A stretch of 64,000 nucleotides of DNA from contig JAVZJD010000002.1 of NCBI GenBank assembly GCA_038870975.1, positions 32,001 through 96,000 on the forward strand, in the 5' to 3' direction. Made by a program: the position numbers and the translations under genes. Under the pieces are notes generated by a model. It worked only from the letters and a program-made list of their open reading frames with translations, was not told the DNA's origin and did no database searches. Source of the DNA: Candidatus Bathyarchaeia archaeon (GTDB lineage Archaea; Thermoproteota; CALKCG01; B24). Of this stretch, positions 39,124 through 49,615 are shown piece by piece (position 1 is the stretch's first letter; each line of letters opens with the position of its first letter).

Positions 39124-40263
39124 TTAGTAGGATTGAATTTTCAACTCAACTCTATACTCTTCAATCTTATCTTCTCTCACTTTAACCCCTAAGCCAGGTT
39201 TATCGGGTACTTTCACTTTAGCACCTTCAAACTCTAAACCATCTACTAAGAGGCTTTCAAGGAACTGTGGACCGTTTATATCGATCGGCGCTACTATGGG
39301 TAGGGTACTGAATAGATGTACGGAAGCAGTAAAACCGACACCACTTTCAGTCATGCCGCTGGCGAACAAGTCTACACCTACAGCCTCGGCTAAAGCAGAT
39401 ATCTTAAGATTGCCCATAATCCCAGATTTAGCCAGCTTTAAAACGATTAAATCTAATGCGTTAGCAGATATCAGTTTAACCAGATCATAGTGGCTAAAAA
39501 TGGACTCATCTACGGCTACTGGTATAGGGCTTTTTGAAATAATACGTTTAAGCCCTTCATAATCCCATGTTGGAACAGGCTGTTCGAGACATATTATCCT
39601 ATTGCTCATATCCGCTATAAGGTCTAGAAGCCTCCTTATGGAGAAGCTCGTATAAGCCTGATTGGCATCAGCCCATATCGTTGCATCTGGAACGGCCTCG
39701 CTGACGACTTTAAGCCTCTTTGCGTCTTCAGCAGGGTCACCCATAATCTTAACCTTAAAACACCTATAGCCTTTTGAAGCCATTTCCCTAGCGTAATCGG
39801 CCATAGCCTCAGGAGCACCGCTCATCATAGCTGAAAGCTCGACGTAGTCCGTTATCTTTCCACCTAAAAGCCTATGAATCGGTTGACCCGTTATCTTACC
39901 CATTACGTCGAATAAAGCCGTTTCGACAGCCGATTTAACGAATGGCTGGCCTGAGCTTACAACTGGAGTTAACAGTTTATCGAGCTTCTTCAGGATTAGG
40001 TTCAAACTGAATGGGTCCATACCTTTCAAAGCTGGAGCAATGTACTTCACAAGAGACGTATACGCAGACTCTAGTGTTTCATACATCCAAGTATGCATTA
40101 GTCTAGCCTCACCCCAGCCAATAGTACCGTCTGAAGTTTCAATTTTAACGTACAAGTGTTCTCCAGGTATACCCGGTTTACCTACGACGCCTCTAGAGAG
40201 TATGAAAGGCCTAATATACGGTATTTTGAGCGGATATGCCTCAATGCTTTTTATCGTAGACAT
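39124..40263 (-). CDS. Mandelate racemase/muconate lactonizing enzyme (enolase superfamily)
   Basis: GWGEA, FKVK, ADANQAY, LEQP, AVDES. Confidence 0.88.
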   Translation of the reverse strand: MSTIKSIEAYPLKIPYIRPFILSRGVVGKPGIPGEHLYVKIETSDGTIGWGEARLMHTWMYETLESAYTSLVKYIAPALKGMDPFSLNLILKKLDKLLTPVVSSGQPFVKSAVETALFDVMGKITGQPIHRLLGGKITDYVELSAMMSGAPEAMADYAREMASKGYRCFKVKIMGDPAEDAKRLKVVSEAVPDATIWADANQAYTSFSIRRLLDLIADMSNRIICLEQPVPTWDYEGLKRIISKSPIPVAVDESIFSHYDLVKLISANALDLIVLKLAKSGIMGNLKISALAEAVGVDLFASGMTESGVGFTASVHLFSTLPIVAPIDINGPQFLESLLVDGLEFEGAKVKVPDKPGLGVKVREDKIEEYRVELKIQSY

Positions 40264-40304
40264 GGGAACACGTTTTAAAATCAGACCGCCGACTATTTAA
40301 GCAT

Positions 40305-42065
40305 TCAATAGCTGCTTTGAATCAGAGGTCTAATATTCTCAGCATATATACTTGTAACTTCTGATAATATTAAGCCCTCTAAGTCTCTCACCGGGTCGTT
40401 GACTGGGTACACGTTTATATATGGAGCCTTAACCAGAGCCTTAACCTCCTCTGGGTAGTCCCAGTCCTTTATGTAGAATACCGATATTCTATGTCCCCTA
40501 TTTCCAAACGCTTTAAGGTCTTCCAAAGCCTCTTTGAAATTCTGCCATCCACCGTCCGTGATAACTACTACAAAGCACTGTTCTCTGGCAATGTTTAAAA
40601 GTTTGCCTATAGTCTTAGTAGGCATTATCGTCAATTCTCTAAACTTCGACGAGAGTACCAGCTCCTTAAAATCGTCATCTACACTCCAATCAGCCACTAC
40701 ATGGTTTGTTGAGAAATTTACAACGGCTGTATTCCCACCAGCCCATTTAGCACTTAAATACGCTATGAAGCCTGCAATGGAAACCTTATCCAATATATTG
40801 CTCATACTGTAGCTCGTATCCAGAACAACCAGCACAGACGGTATGATATTCGTATGCAACTCACCGCCTCTACCAGCAGCCCTCATGTGCCATTTAACCG
40901 TTGTAACCTCCGGTATCATAGGGCCTTCATCTAGACTCGCCTCTATGTCTAAAGACTCTATGTCATCTTCAACATACCACTCCTCAGGATAGCTCTGTAT
41001 AATCCACGTCGGCTTAACCTCCCCCCTTGAAGCCAAGTACGTTATTAGAATGTTTTCAGCCCTAGCTCTATACCAGAGTCTCCTCCACAAGAGGTCTTTA
41101 ATGTCTAAAGGCATTTTCTCGAGGAGTTTACCGATGGAAGTGGGCAGTGTAAACTTTCCATGTCCTCTTCCAGCAGCCGCTTTATAGGCTTTACCGGGTT
41201 CTTTAGACGTATAGATGTGTTCTGCCTCTTCAGATTTACGTAGCGCGTCTCTGATTTTATCAGAAATTTTTTTAACGTCTTCCTCTCCCATCCTCGGCTT
41301 TATCCAGACTTCGTAGAAGGTTTTAGCATCTCTCTCGTTTTCAATGTTACTTAAGACTTGACTTATTCTTTTCACGGAGTCTGGATAGGCATCTTCAATA
41401 AGCGGAATATATCTTAACCCTAGTCTATCATTAGAAGGCTTCTTCAAAGTCCGCTTATTCTCCTGCATCTCTGCTCTTAAGAGGACGGCTGATATTGCCT
41501 TAATCTTACTCACCCAAGACTTAGGAGGCTTTATAGAGTCTGCCAACAATCTGCCTAGTATCTCCACCTCATCGTCTACAGGCTTATAGATTAAATCTGG
41601 GTAAAACTCCCTGTAAACCGCAAAAATCAGCTGCTCTAAACCTACTGGTTTACATCTGCTAAGATTATCACGTAAGTGATACGGCGTCTCATCGTATCTA
41701 TTCTTAAGATATATGCAGTCTACTTGGAAGTCTGAAAACATCGCCACAGCCGTATAAGCCAACCTACTATCCCGAAGAATGCTATAAGCTATTTTCTGCA
41801 AATAGTAGGCTGTTTTAGCATCGTAAGGGCAGTAGTGCATATGGGCTAGTGTATGTCTTAAAAGCCACAACAGTAGACGATATGGGTCTTTAGATTTGCT
41901 TAAAAGAACAGGGTTTACATTTAACTCTCCGTTTAAAACTTTCACGGGAATGTTCAACTTATCATTCAGTTTGAACTGAAGAGGTGGGAAGAACAATTCA
42001 GATTTAACTTTGGCGAAGACTTCCTTCATCGTTGAAGGGTCTATTTGGACAGTTTTTACCTCCAT
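40305..42065 (-). CDS. VWA domain protein (MoxR partner) with N-terminal HxxxH region
   Basis: MIDAS VLDTSYSM and ITDGG; RHTLAHMHYCP. Confidence 0.75.
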   Translation of the reverse strand: MEVKTVQIDPSTMKEVFAKVKSELFFPPLQFKLNDKLNIPVKVLNGELNVNPVLLSKSKDPYRLLLWLLRHTLAHMHYCPYDAKTAYYLQKIAYSILRDSRLAYTAVAMFSDFQVDCIYLKNRYDETPYHLRDNLSRCKPVGLEQLIFAVYREFYPDLIYKPVDDEVEILGRLLADSIKPPKSWVSKIKAISAVLLRAEMQENKRTLKKPSNDRLGLRYIPLIEDAYPDSVKRISQVLSNIENERDAKTFYEVWIKPRMGEEDVKKISDKIRDALRKSEEAEHIYTSKEPGKAYKAAAGRGHGKFTLPTSIGKLLEKMPLDIKDLLWRRLWYRARAENILITYLASRGEVKPTWIIQSYPEEWYVEDDIESLDIEASLDEGPMIPEVTTVKWHMRAAGRGGELHTNIIPSVLVVLDTSYSMSNILDKVSIAGFIAYLSAKWAGGNTAVVNFSTNHVVADWSVDDDFKELVLSSKFRELTIMPTKTIGKLLNIAREQCFVVVITDGGWQNFKEALEDLKAFGNRGHRISVFYIKDWDYPEEVKALVKAPYINVYPVNDPVRDLEGLILSEVTSIYAENIRPLIQSSY

Positions 42066-43258
42066 CTTAAATACACTCCTAAGGTATCTTCTTCTCTAAG
42101 TATACCCTCTTTAACCCAAGTCTTCTCAAGCTTCATAAGCTCCTCTGCGAAAATTGGATCTTCAACAGCTACTTCCCTTGCGTATGTATACAATCCCCTG
42201 TCGAAACCGTTCATAAGCTTACTGAGTATAAGCCACTGTCTCCTATTAACTCTCTCATCCATTTTCACTTTTTCACGCATCAGTAGTTCTCTTAAATCAT
42301 TTAGAAGACTTCTAGTTTTAACGAGGTTCATTCTATGTGGAAAAACCCATAAGCTAAGCGATAACGCATCTTCTGGACTGGCTTTACCTTCAAGCCAACT
42401 TTTAGCTTTAACGAGTTGCGTTAAGACTATGGTAGACCTTTCACTAGGCGGGTCTTTAATATTGCTACATACGTCTTTAAGGAAATGGCACCCCTCACAT
42501 AGTATGGGAGGCTTCACTTCGGAGTGCTCTCTACCTCTAACGCAAGCCTGGAAATCTCTAACAAGCATGTTGATAAGCCCCACGGTTTCGCTGTCGAGCT
42601 CTACCTCCTCTACCTCCCTTCTTATGCTTTGAAGCTCTTCAAACGTTAGAACCTGAGGCATAGATTCTACAAGCTCACCCTCATAGCTCTCCAAGAGAGA
42701 TTGAAGTTTAAACTTATCGCTTAAACTGAGAGAGCTCAAGTATACGCATATGTCGAATCTATCGTAGAACGGAGGTGGATGTATGAAAGTAGTTGGGTCT
42801 GCTGGATTCTCATTAGCGAGAAGGACGTAGTCTCCAACTTTAACCCGCTGTCCATACGCCCAAACTTCTCCGAATTGCATCATATGGTGGATGTTGGAGG
42901 TCGTATAAGGATTCAACCTATTGACTTCATCTATACCCTTACCTTTAGCCTGTACAAACGCAGCCCACAGGACTTTTTCAACACCTTCCTTCTCAAGCGA
43001 GGGTATGTGAAGTCTACCGACAACTTCTCCTCGTTTAACCTCTGAAGCGCCAGATATAACTACGTAGTCTTCTCCAGTTATCCCTCTGAGTATTAAAAGC
43101 ATGAGTGTAGACTTTCCAACACCTCTCTGAGCTCTTATAAGGGTTGAGCTTCTCCTATGGAGTTGGTTTAAAATAACGATGTCTACTACTTCTTCATTCC
43201 CTACGAACCTAGCTTTCACTTCTTCTTTAAGTTTTAAAACCGATTTTTTAAGGCTCAA
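42056..43258 (-). CDS. MoxR-family AAA+ ATPase
   Basis: RGVGKST, IDEVNR, LANENP, FYDRF; TTG 43258 after GGAGG, coupled to the upstream stop. Confidence 0.85.
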   Translation of the reverse strand: MSLKKSVLKLKEEVKARFVGNEEVVDIVILNQLHRRSSTLIRAQRGVGKSTLMLLILRGITGEDYVVISGASEVKRGEVVGRLHIPSLEKEGVEKVLWAAFVQAKGKGIDEVNRLNPYTTSNIHHMMQFGEVWAYGQRVKVGDYVLLANENPADPTTFIHPPPFYDRFDICVYLSSLSLSDKFKLQSLLESYEGELVESMPQVLTFEELQSIRREVEEVELDSETVGLINMLVRDFQACVRGREHSEVKPPILCEGCHFLKDVCSNIKDPPSERSTIVLTQLVKAKSWLEGKASPEDALSLSLWVFPHRMNLVKTRSLLNDLRELLMREKVKMDERVNRRQWLILSKLMNGFDRGLYTYAREVAVEDPIFAEELMKLEKTWVKEGILREEDTLGVYLRWR

Positions 43259-43617
43259 AACTGTATACCTCCAACACGACTCATAACAACGGTAACCACT
43301 AAGATCATTAGAAGAATTATGCAAATTGTCTTCCACATTCTATTAGATTTACGAAGCTTAAGAACTTTATAGTCTAAAAGCTTAATGTGCTCTCTAATAT
43401 TGTTAAGCTCTCTTGAGGTTAAGACAACCGGTTCTGATGCGACTTGGTCTAAAAATGGAGATTCAAGGTATCGAGGTAGCTTCTCAGCATCCTCTTCCTT
43501 AACATCCCTATAGTTCCAAGAGAGCTTAGACTTATCATATGAAACGGAGGCTTTCCTAGATTCTTCGTTGAGAAAGTCCTTAAAATAATCTTTGGTTTTT
43601 TTCATCTTTATTAACAT
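43255..43617 (-). CDS. Hypothetical protein with C-terminal TM helix
   Basis: Short coiled coil followed by ICIILLMILVVTVVM; stop overlaps the MoxR start. Confidence 0.65.
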   Translation of the reverse strand: MLIKMKKTKDYFKDFLNEESRKASVSYDKSKLSWNYRDVKEEDAEKLPRYLESPFLDQVASEPVVLTSRELNNIREHIKLLDYKVLKLRKSNRMWKTICIILLMILVVTVVMSRVGGIQF

Positions 43618-43711
43618 TTAACTATCCTTAAATCGTAGGTAAAAACCTTTCCCAAAAAATCAACATCTTAGTTTTAACTCTTAAATACAACGGTTCGATT
43701 AACTTAAACCG

Positions 43712-45058
43712 GTGTTCGCTGTGAAAAACACGGAAGAGTTGATGAAAGATGCTGAAAACCTTATAAAAGATTGGAAGAAAGACCACTACGCATTCGGATG
43801 TAACGTTTTAAACACAGTAGGGAAGTTCGCAGGAGAGTTCGGTAGAAAGACACTAATAGTTGGAAGTAGTTCCAGCTGGGCCCAAAAGCCGATGGAAGAT
43901 ATAGTTAAAAGCCTCGGAGAGAATGGTTTATCCTACGTAAAAGTCGCAGGTGCTAGACCAAACACCCCACGTGAAGATGTCTATAGAATAGCTCTTCAAA
44001 TCTCAATGTACAAGCCAGATGTTATAGTGGCCTTCGGTGGAGGAAGTACACTGGACGCGGTTAAAGCCTCCAATATTCTAGCAACTTTTGCACCGCATGA
44101 GGTGGAGAAGTTTCTAAACGTATCTTGGAGTGAGGCATGTACAATAGAACCATACTTTGGAACTGGAATTGTAAGTAAAATGAAGGAGGCAACAGGTAGG
44201 GATTTAACGCCATTGGTGGCTGTTCAAGCTGCTTCAAGCTCAGGCTCACATTTAACGAAATACTCAAACGTGACAGACCCAGTGGCTGGTCAGAAGAAAC
44301 TCATAGTAGATGAAGCAATAACACCTAAACGTGCAGTTTTCGACTATACTGTAACGCTTACAACTTCCGAAAGCCTCACGATTGATGGAGGGTTAGACGG
44401 CTTATCCCACCTATGGGAGGTTTTCATGGGTGCCTCTGGAAAGCCGTACTTTGAAAAAGCAAAGCGTCTTGTGGAAGTAGGTGTTAGACTCATAGTCAGA
44501 GGTTTTAAGAACCTAAAAGCCGACTGGATGAACCTTAACGCTCGAGTCGGATTAGGCCTCGGCACGGACTTGGGAGGCTATGCTATTATGATAGGGGGTA
44601 CAAGCGGTCCACACTTAGGAAGCTTCTCACTAGTTGATGTTTTAACACATGGAAGAGCGTGCGGCATTCTAAACATATACTACACAGTTTTCTTCTCACC
44701 GGTTATCCAAGAACAGCTTAAAACGCTTGCACTTATCTTAAAAGAAGAGAATTTCATAGAGGAAGACGCCTCTAGTTTTGAAGGCTTAAACCTAGGCATG
44801 GCTGTTGCTAAAGGTTTAACACGGCTCTTAACGTTTCTAAGAGTACCCACTTCGCTCGCAGATGCAGGAGCTAGTGAGAGCCACATAGTGAGAATGCTTA
44901 ATGCTGCTAAAGACCCGGCGCTTAGAATGAAGCTGTTAAACATGCCAATCCCCCTAAACCCAGAGAAGGGCGATGTGGAAAAATACATGAAGCCCCTTCT
45001 ACTCGCAGCCTTCAAAGGTAGAATAGAAGACGTTAAAATAATGGAAGAATACGCTTAA
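43712..45058 (+). CDS. Iron-containing alcohol dehydrogenase family protein
   Basis: GARPN, AFGGGSTLDAVKA, DGLSH, PH..THGRACG. Confidence 0.85.
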   Translation: MFAVKNTEELMKDAENLIKDWKKDHYAFGCNVLNTVGKFAGEFGRKTLIVGSSSSWAQKPMEDIVKSLGENGLSYVKVAGARPNTPREDVYRIALQISMYKPDVIVAFGGGSTLDAVKASNILATFAPHEVEKFLNVSWSEACTIEPYFGTGIVSKMKEATGRDLTPLVAVQAASSSGSHLTKYSNVTDPVAGQKKLIVDEAITPKRAVFDYTVTLTTSESLTIDGGLDGLSHLWEVFMGASGKPYFEKAKRLVEVGVRLIVRGFKNLKADWMNLNARVGLGLGTDLGGYAIMIGGTSGPHLGSFSLVDVLTHGRACGILNIYYTVFFSPVIQEQLKTLALILKEENFIEEDASSFEGLNLGMAVAKGLTRLLTFLRVPTSLADAGASESHIVRMLNAAKDPALRMKLLNMPIPLNPEKGDVEKYMKPLLLAAFKGRIEDVKIMEEYA

Positions 45059-46068
45059 ATCATTTTCACAGCCTTTAAGGGTTTTACGTTCAACACGTCT
45101 AAATTCACCAGGTAGGGTGGCATCTCACCCCTAAGCACCGAAACTATATTTAAAGCCGCTATTTCAGCCATTTTAGACCTAGCCTCTACCGTGGCACTGG
45201 CTATATGAGGCGCTAAAACGATATTTGAAAGCTTCAAAAGAGGATTATCTTCTTCAATAGGCTCTTTTTCGAATACGTCTAAAGCCGCTCCGGCAATCCA
45301 GCCTTCCCCAAGCGCTCTAGCGAGTGCACGCGTATCCACAACGGCGCCCCTCGCAGTATTTATGAGAAAAGCGCTCTTCTTCATCAATCTAAGTTCTCTC
45401 TCACTTATTAAATGATAGGTTTCCTTCGTCAGAGGCACGTGTATCGTTACAAAATCTGATTCACGTAGAAGCTCTTCAAGAGACTTATACTCTACGTTAA
45501 GCCTCTTCTCAACATCTAAAGGAGGACGTTGGACATCATAATACATTACCTTCATGTTGAATCCTTTAGCTCTCTCAGCAACAGCCATACCTATACGCCC
45601 CAAACCTATTATCCCCAGAGTTTTACCGTAGACTGAACAGCCTAGTAGAAGCATGGGGGACCAAGCTATCTTCCACCTACCGCTTCTAACGTAATTGTCA
45701 GCTTCAACAATCCTCCTAGCTGCTCCAAGAAGTAGAGCCCAAGTGAAATCCGCAACAGCATCCGTCAATACGCCAGGCGTATTCGTCACGTATATCCCTC
45801 TTCTAGTTGCTTCTTCAACATCTATGTGATCATAGCCTACACTATAGGTGCTAATTACACGTAGATCCAACGCTGCACTTATAACTTCACTATCAATAGA
45901 ATCTGTAAGCAGACATAGTAAGGCATGTTTATCCTTCACTCGGTTGATCAAATCTTCTTTAGATGGAGGTTCATCCCTCGGATTCACCTCTACTTCACAG
46001 TACTCTCTCAAGATATCTAAAGCAGGCGAAGGCAAAATTCGGGTTACAAATACTCTAGGTTTAACCAT
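45055..46068 (-). CDS. gyaR: Glyoxylate reductase / D-2-hydroxyacid dehydrogenase
   Basis: VGYDHID, NTPGVLT, GLGRIG, INTARG, LDVFEKEP, PHIASAT. Confidence 0.85.
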   Translation of the reverse strand: MVKPRVFVTRILPSPALDILREYCEVEVNPRDEPPSKEDLINRVKDKHALLCLLTDSIDSEVISAALDLRVISTYSVGYDHIDVEEATRRGIYVTNTPGVLTDAVADFTWALLLGAARRIVEADNYVRSGRWKIAWSPMLLLGCSVYGKTLGIIGLGRIGMAVAERAKGFNMKVMYYDVQRPPLDVEKRLNVEYKSLEELLRESDFVTIHVPLTKETYHLISERELRLMKKSAFLINTARGAVVDTRALARALGEGWIAGAALDVFEKEPIEEDNPLLKLSNIVLAPHIASATVEARSKMAEIAALNIVSVLRGEMPPYLVNLDVLNVKPLKAVKMI

Positions 46069-46117
46069 AAAATCATCCCTTGAGCTTCAAAAAATATAAG
46101 GAAGGTTGCAGGTAAGT

Positions 46118-47620
46118 TTACTTCTTGGGTATACGCTCCCAGATTGGTGGTATCCTTCTCTCAGATTCGGGTCCAAGAACTATCGGCGTCACTCCAGCCA
46201 TCTCACAGAGATATATTAATGGGCGGACTACGTTTCCAGCGACACCTAATATATGATTACATGGAAATATTGACGTAAACTCCTCGAAGCTACAGTGTAA
46301 TTTAGCGTGTACATGAGGCCATGTTGGGTTTGTCTGCTCATTCAGAGCTTTGCGTTCTTCAGGTGGAAGCTCAACGGCCTCACCTAAGACTATCACCATG
46401 TAAAGCTTATCCTCCCATAAACCTAATCTTGCAAATGTTATTTCGCCTGGGGCAGCATCAAACTCTACAGAGGCTCCGCCAGCCTTGAAATAGTATTCTA
46501 AAGCTGGATGGAGAGTCACTTTATTCAAATTCTCCCTTGGATCCATGCTTCTGGAGGCGTACCAACTCGCATGGTTTCCAGAGTTGCAGAAGTCCCATAT
46601 ATCTCTATCCGGGTGGTACAGTCTAACGTCCATAAACAATACAGGTAGTCCACCACTAATGTACTTTAGAAGTTGCATAGTTACTGCTGCTAAAGAATCA
46701 GCTTCAGTAGCACAAACTGTGGTCTCTTTAAACCCGTTCCAATCGTATGGGTCGTTCATAAGCATTTCAGCCACATCTCCAATGCAAACGTACTCAGTTA
46801 ATTCTCGCTGTCCTTTCAACCCGCAGAAGTCGAAGCCTTTCTCCTTATTAACCATTCTCATGGCTAAGTAGAGCCTAATCTGAGTCTTTAAAGTTTCACG
46901 TGTAAGCATCTTACCATCATACTTTATACGGTCTCCCAGAAGCTCTTCAAACCACTTCAGCCCCTTTTCAACCTCCTTCTCATCAACCTCCTCCATCTTT
47001 TTCACTAAAAGCAACTGGTCTATTTGACGTGCTGTTACTCCAAAAGTCTTTATTATCGGAACTAAGTGGAAGTATCCGGTCTCCATTCCCATCGAATGTC
47101 CACCGTACATTCCGTAGACCTCATTCTGAATAACAGTGTATGCTTGCGCGGCTCGGACCCAGTCTATAACCTTAGCCCTAGTCTCAGGGTCTTCTATGTC
47201 GCCTATTATACGGTGTGTTCTAAGACCTACTTGACGTAGAGCTCCATCCGTCGCTAGAAGTCCAACGTTCCCAGGGAACTTACCACTATTGTTTGAAAGA
47301 CATAGTATAGGCTTATCTCTACCGACTGTATTTATAAAAGGCCATACGAAGAATGGGAAATTCCACACGTAGAAACATAAAATCACCTGCTTACAATTTG
47401 CCCTAGCAATTTCTTCGCCCACTTTCTGCGCCGACCTCACAGATCTTATAAGCTCAGAGCCTACAACCACTTCAGGCGAAGACCCATCTATGTTTTTAAC
47501 GCCTCTCTTTATGACGTCAGCCCACTTGTATAGGATATCCATACACTCCGAGTAGTACTGACGGTGTACATGCTCTCTCTCGTCGACAAACATCACCATA
47601 CCTATGGGTGTAGTACGCAT
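46118..47620 (-). CDS. L-fucose/D-arabinose isomerase family protein
   Basis: GHSMGM, KGQRELTE, LMNDPYDWNG, CATEAD, CNSG, WPH, NH. Confidence 0.82.
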   Translation of the reverse strand: MRTTPIGMVMFVDEREHVHRQYYSECMDILYKWADVIKRGVKNIDGSSPEVVVGSELIRSVRSAQKVGEEIARANCKQVILCFYVWNFPFFVWPFINTVGRDKPILCLSNNSGKFPGNVGLLATDGALRQVGLRTHRIIGDIEDPETRAKVIDWVRAAQAYTVIQNEVYGMYGGHSMGMETGYFHLVPIIKTFGVTARQIDQLLLVKKMEEVDEKEVEKGLKWFEELLGDRIKYDGKMLTRETLKTQIRLYLAMRMVNKEKGFDFCGLKGQRELTEYVCIGDVAEMLMNDPYDWNGFKETTVCATEADSLAAVTMQLLKYISGGLPVLFMDVRLYHPDRDIWDFCNSGNHASWYASRSMDPRENLNKVTLHPALEYYFKAGGASVEFDAAPGEITFARLGLWEDKLYMVIVLGEAVELPPEERKALNEQTNPTWPHVHAKLHCSFEEFTSIFPCNHILGVAGNVVRPLIYLCEMAGVTPIVLGPESERRIPPIWERIPKK

Positions 47621-47673
47621 AATACCACAATTCTAAATTGAAGATGGAGAGTTAAAAAGCATTACGTTTAAAA

Positions 47674-48546
47674 CTACGTCCCAATGTGTACGTTTTCAGC
47701 AATCTTTTTTAACGTCGCTAAAGCTGAGAGAGAAGCTAGAAAACTTGTCTTCGGGTTTTCCGGTGTAGGCTTATTCTCTGTTACACAGCATAGTCTGCCA
47801 AATTCTCCCTCAACGACTACTTCGTGTACGTTTCCCGAAATCCGTGGATCTGCGATTATTTTAACTTTGACTTTTTCAGGCCCTATGGAGGCTAAGCTTA
47901 GAGTAGCAGCTACGTTTATCGAAGATGGGAACAGTTTACAGGCTTCTACAGCTGGTCCCTCATACAATACTAGTGGCTCCTCTAGATCGGTTAAATTCAA
48001 TCCCTTAGACTTAACGTAGGGATTGTCTATGAAAACTCTAGGAGGCTTCCTAGAGGTAAGAGTGACGGAACTGATTCCACCAATTCCAGCTGCTTTAACG
48101 GCATCTAAGCCAGCTATAGCACCTGAGGGTATTAAAACCTCGACTTTTCTACGTGAAGCAGCCTCCCTAAGCCTCTCATAAAGCTCTAAATCAGCTAGAG
48201 CACCTACGCTCATAATCATGAGGTTTTTTCCAGCTTCAATTATAGGTAAACCGTATTCTCTCACGGCTTCTTGACTGGCGGCTTCAACGACAAGCTCTAC
48301 ATCTCCCTCCAAAATCTCCGATATGTCCAGTGCAATCTTAGGCTTATGTTTTAAAGAATCTACCAGCTTCCTAGCCTTCTCAATATCCTTATCATATAAT
48401 ATTTTAAGCTTCAAACCATCTAATAGACTGCTGTCGAGTGCTTTAGCCACATAGCTCCCTATGGCTCCACAACCTATAATTGCGACACCTATAGATCTAG
48501 ATGAGGCATCTACCGTATACCTGCCACCTGTCTTAGACATCAACAA
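47674..48546 (-). CDS. nadX: L-aspartate dehydrogenase
   Basis: IIGCGAIG, VEAAS, MSVGAL, SGAIAGLD, NVAATL, NPKTS; divergent from nadC. Confidence 0.9.
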   Translation of the reverse strand: MLMSKTGGRYTVDASSRSIGVAIIGCGAIGSYVAKALDSSLLDGLKLKILYDKDIEKARKLVDSLKHKPKIALDISEILEGDVELVVEAASQEAVREYGLPIIEAGKNLMIMSVGALADLELYERLREAASRRKVEVLIPSGAIAGLDAVKAAGIGGISSVTLTSRKPPRVFIDNPYVKSKGLNLTDLEEPLVLYEGPAVEACKLFPSSINVAATLSLASIGPEKVKVKIIADPRISGNVHEVVVEGEFGRLCCVTENKPTPENPKTSFLASLSALATLKKIAENVHIGT

Positions 48547-48610
48547 GGCTTAATTTAACTTTTCCGCTTAAATACATCTTTAAATCACCAGAAGTCTTAC
48601 TAGACTAACG

Positions 48611-49510
48611 GTGGACTGTTTGACTATACATTTGACCATTGAACAACTCCTACGGTTTTTAGAGGAGGATTTAGGCTTTGGAGATATCACGTCTGAGCTT
48701 CTAATACCGAAGGATTTGAAAGCTAAAGGTGTGATCGTTGCAAAGGAGAATGGGGTTGTAGCAGGCGTTGAAGAGGCCGAAATGCTGTTTAAACACTTCG
48801 GTGTAGATGTGAAGATTAACCGTAGAGATGGAGATGCCGTTAATCCTGGAGATGTAATATTAGAGGTTGAAGGAAAGGCGCGGAGCATACTCATGGTTGA
48901 ACGTACAGTTTTAAACATAATGATGCGTATGAGTGGCATAGCGACTGAAACTAGAAACCTCGTAGAGAAGGTCAGAAGAGCCGGTTTAAACGTTAGAATC
49001 GCGGCTACACGTAAAACAGCCCCAGGTTTAAGAGCCCTCGATAAGAAGGCCGTTATACTTGGAGGAGGCGAGCCACATAGGCTCCGATTAGATGATGCTG
49101 TTCTCATTAAAGACAACCACATAACCCTCGTAGGTTCTGTTAGAGAAGCCGTTCAACGGGCCAGAGAAAACATAAGCTTCATAAAAAAGGTCGAGGTTGA
49201 AGCCAAAACGGTAAGCGAAGCCTTAGAAGCCTCTGAAAGTGGAGCAGACATATTGATGCTCGACAATATGAAGCCTGAGCAGATTCGAGAGGTCATCCAA
49301 CGTTTGAAAGATAAGGGCTTATACGGCAGGGTTCTACTAGAAGCATCTGGTGGTATAAACCCAACAAATATACTGGAGTATGCATCTACGGGGGTTCACG
49401 TGATTTCACTCGGATATTTAACGCATTCAGCTAAAGCACTGGATATGAGTCTTGAAATAACTGCGAAATACGTAGAAACCAACAATTGCAAATCAGAAAA
49501 CAATAAATAA
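48611..49510 (+). CDS. nadC: Nicotinate-nucleotide pyrophosphorylase (carboxylating)
   Basis: EDLGFGDITS, TRKTAPG, HR, LIKDNH, EVE, MLDNM, EASGGI. Confidence 0.95.
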   Translation: MDCLTIHLTIEQLLRFLEEDLGFGDITSELLIPKDLKAKGVIVAKENGVVAGVEEAEMLFKHFGVDVKINRRDGDAVNPGDVILEVEGKARSILMVERTVLNIMMRMSGIATETRNLVEKVRRAGLNVRIAATRKTAPGLRALDKKAVILGGGEPHRLRLDDAVLIKDNHITLVGSVREAVQRARENISFIKKVEVEAKTVSEALEASESGADILMLDNMKPEQIREVIQRLKDKGLYGRVLLEASGGINPTNILEYASTGVHVISLGYLTHSAKALDMSLEITAKYVETNNCKSENNK

Positions 49511-49535
49511 AGGAAATGCTTTCTTCAAATTTTGA

Positions 49536-49609
49536 GGGCCCGTAGCTCAGCCAGGTAGAGCGACAGGCTCATAACCTGTTGGTCGGGGGTTCGAATCCCT
49601 CCGGGCCCA
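49536..49609 (+). tRNA. tRNA with CAT anticodon, most likely tRNA-Ile2 (C34 modified to agmatidine in archaea)
   Basis: Cloverleaf: GGGCCCG/CGGGCCC acceptor stem, ACAGG-CT-CAT-AA-CCTGT, TTCGAAT; the acceptor stem resembles archaeal tRNA-Ile, not initiator Met. Confidence 0.9.
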
Positions 49610-49615
49610 CCCCCT

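Noticed and set aside
49536-49609. Initiator tRNA-Met
   Set aside because: Lacks the A1-U72 pair and the three consecutive G-C pairs in the anticodon stem
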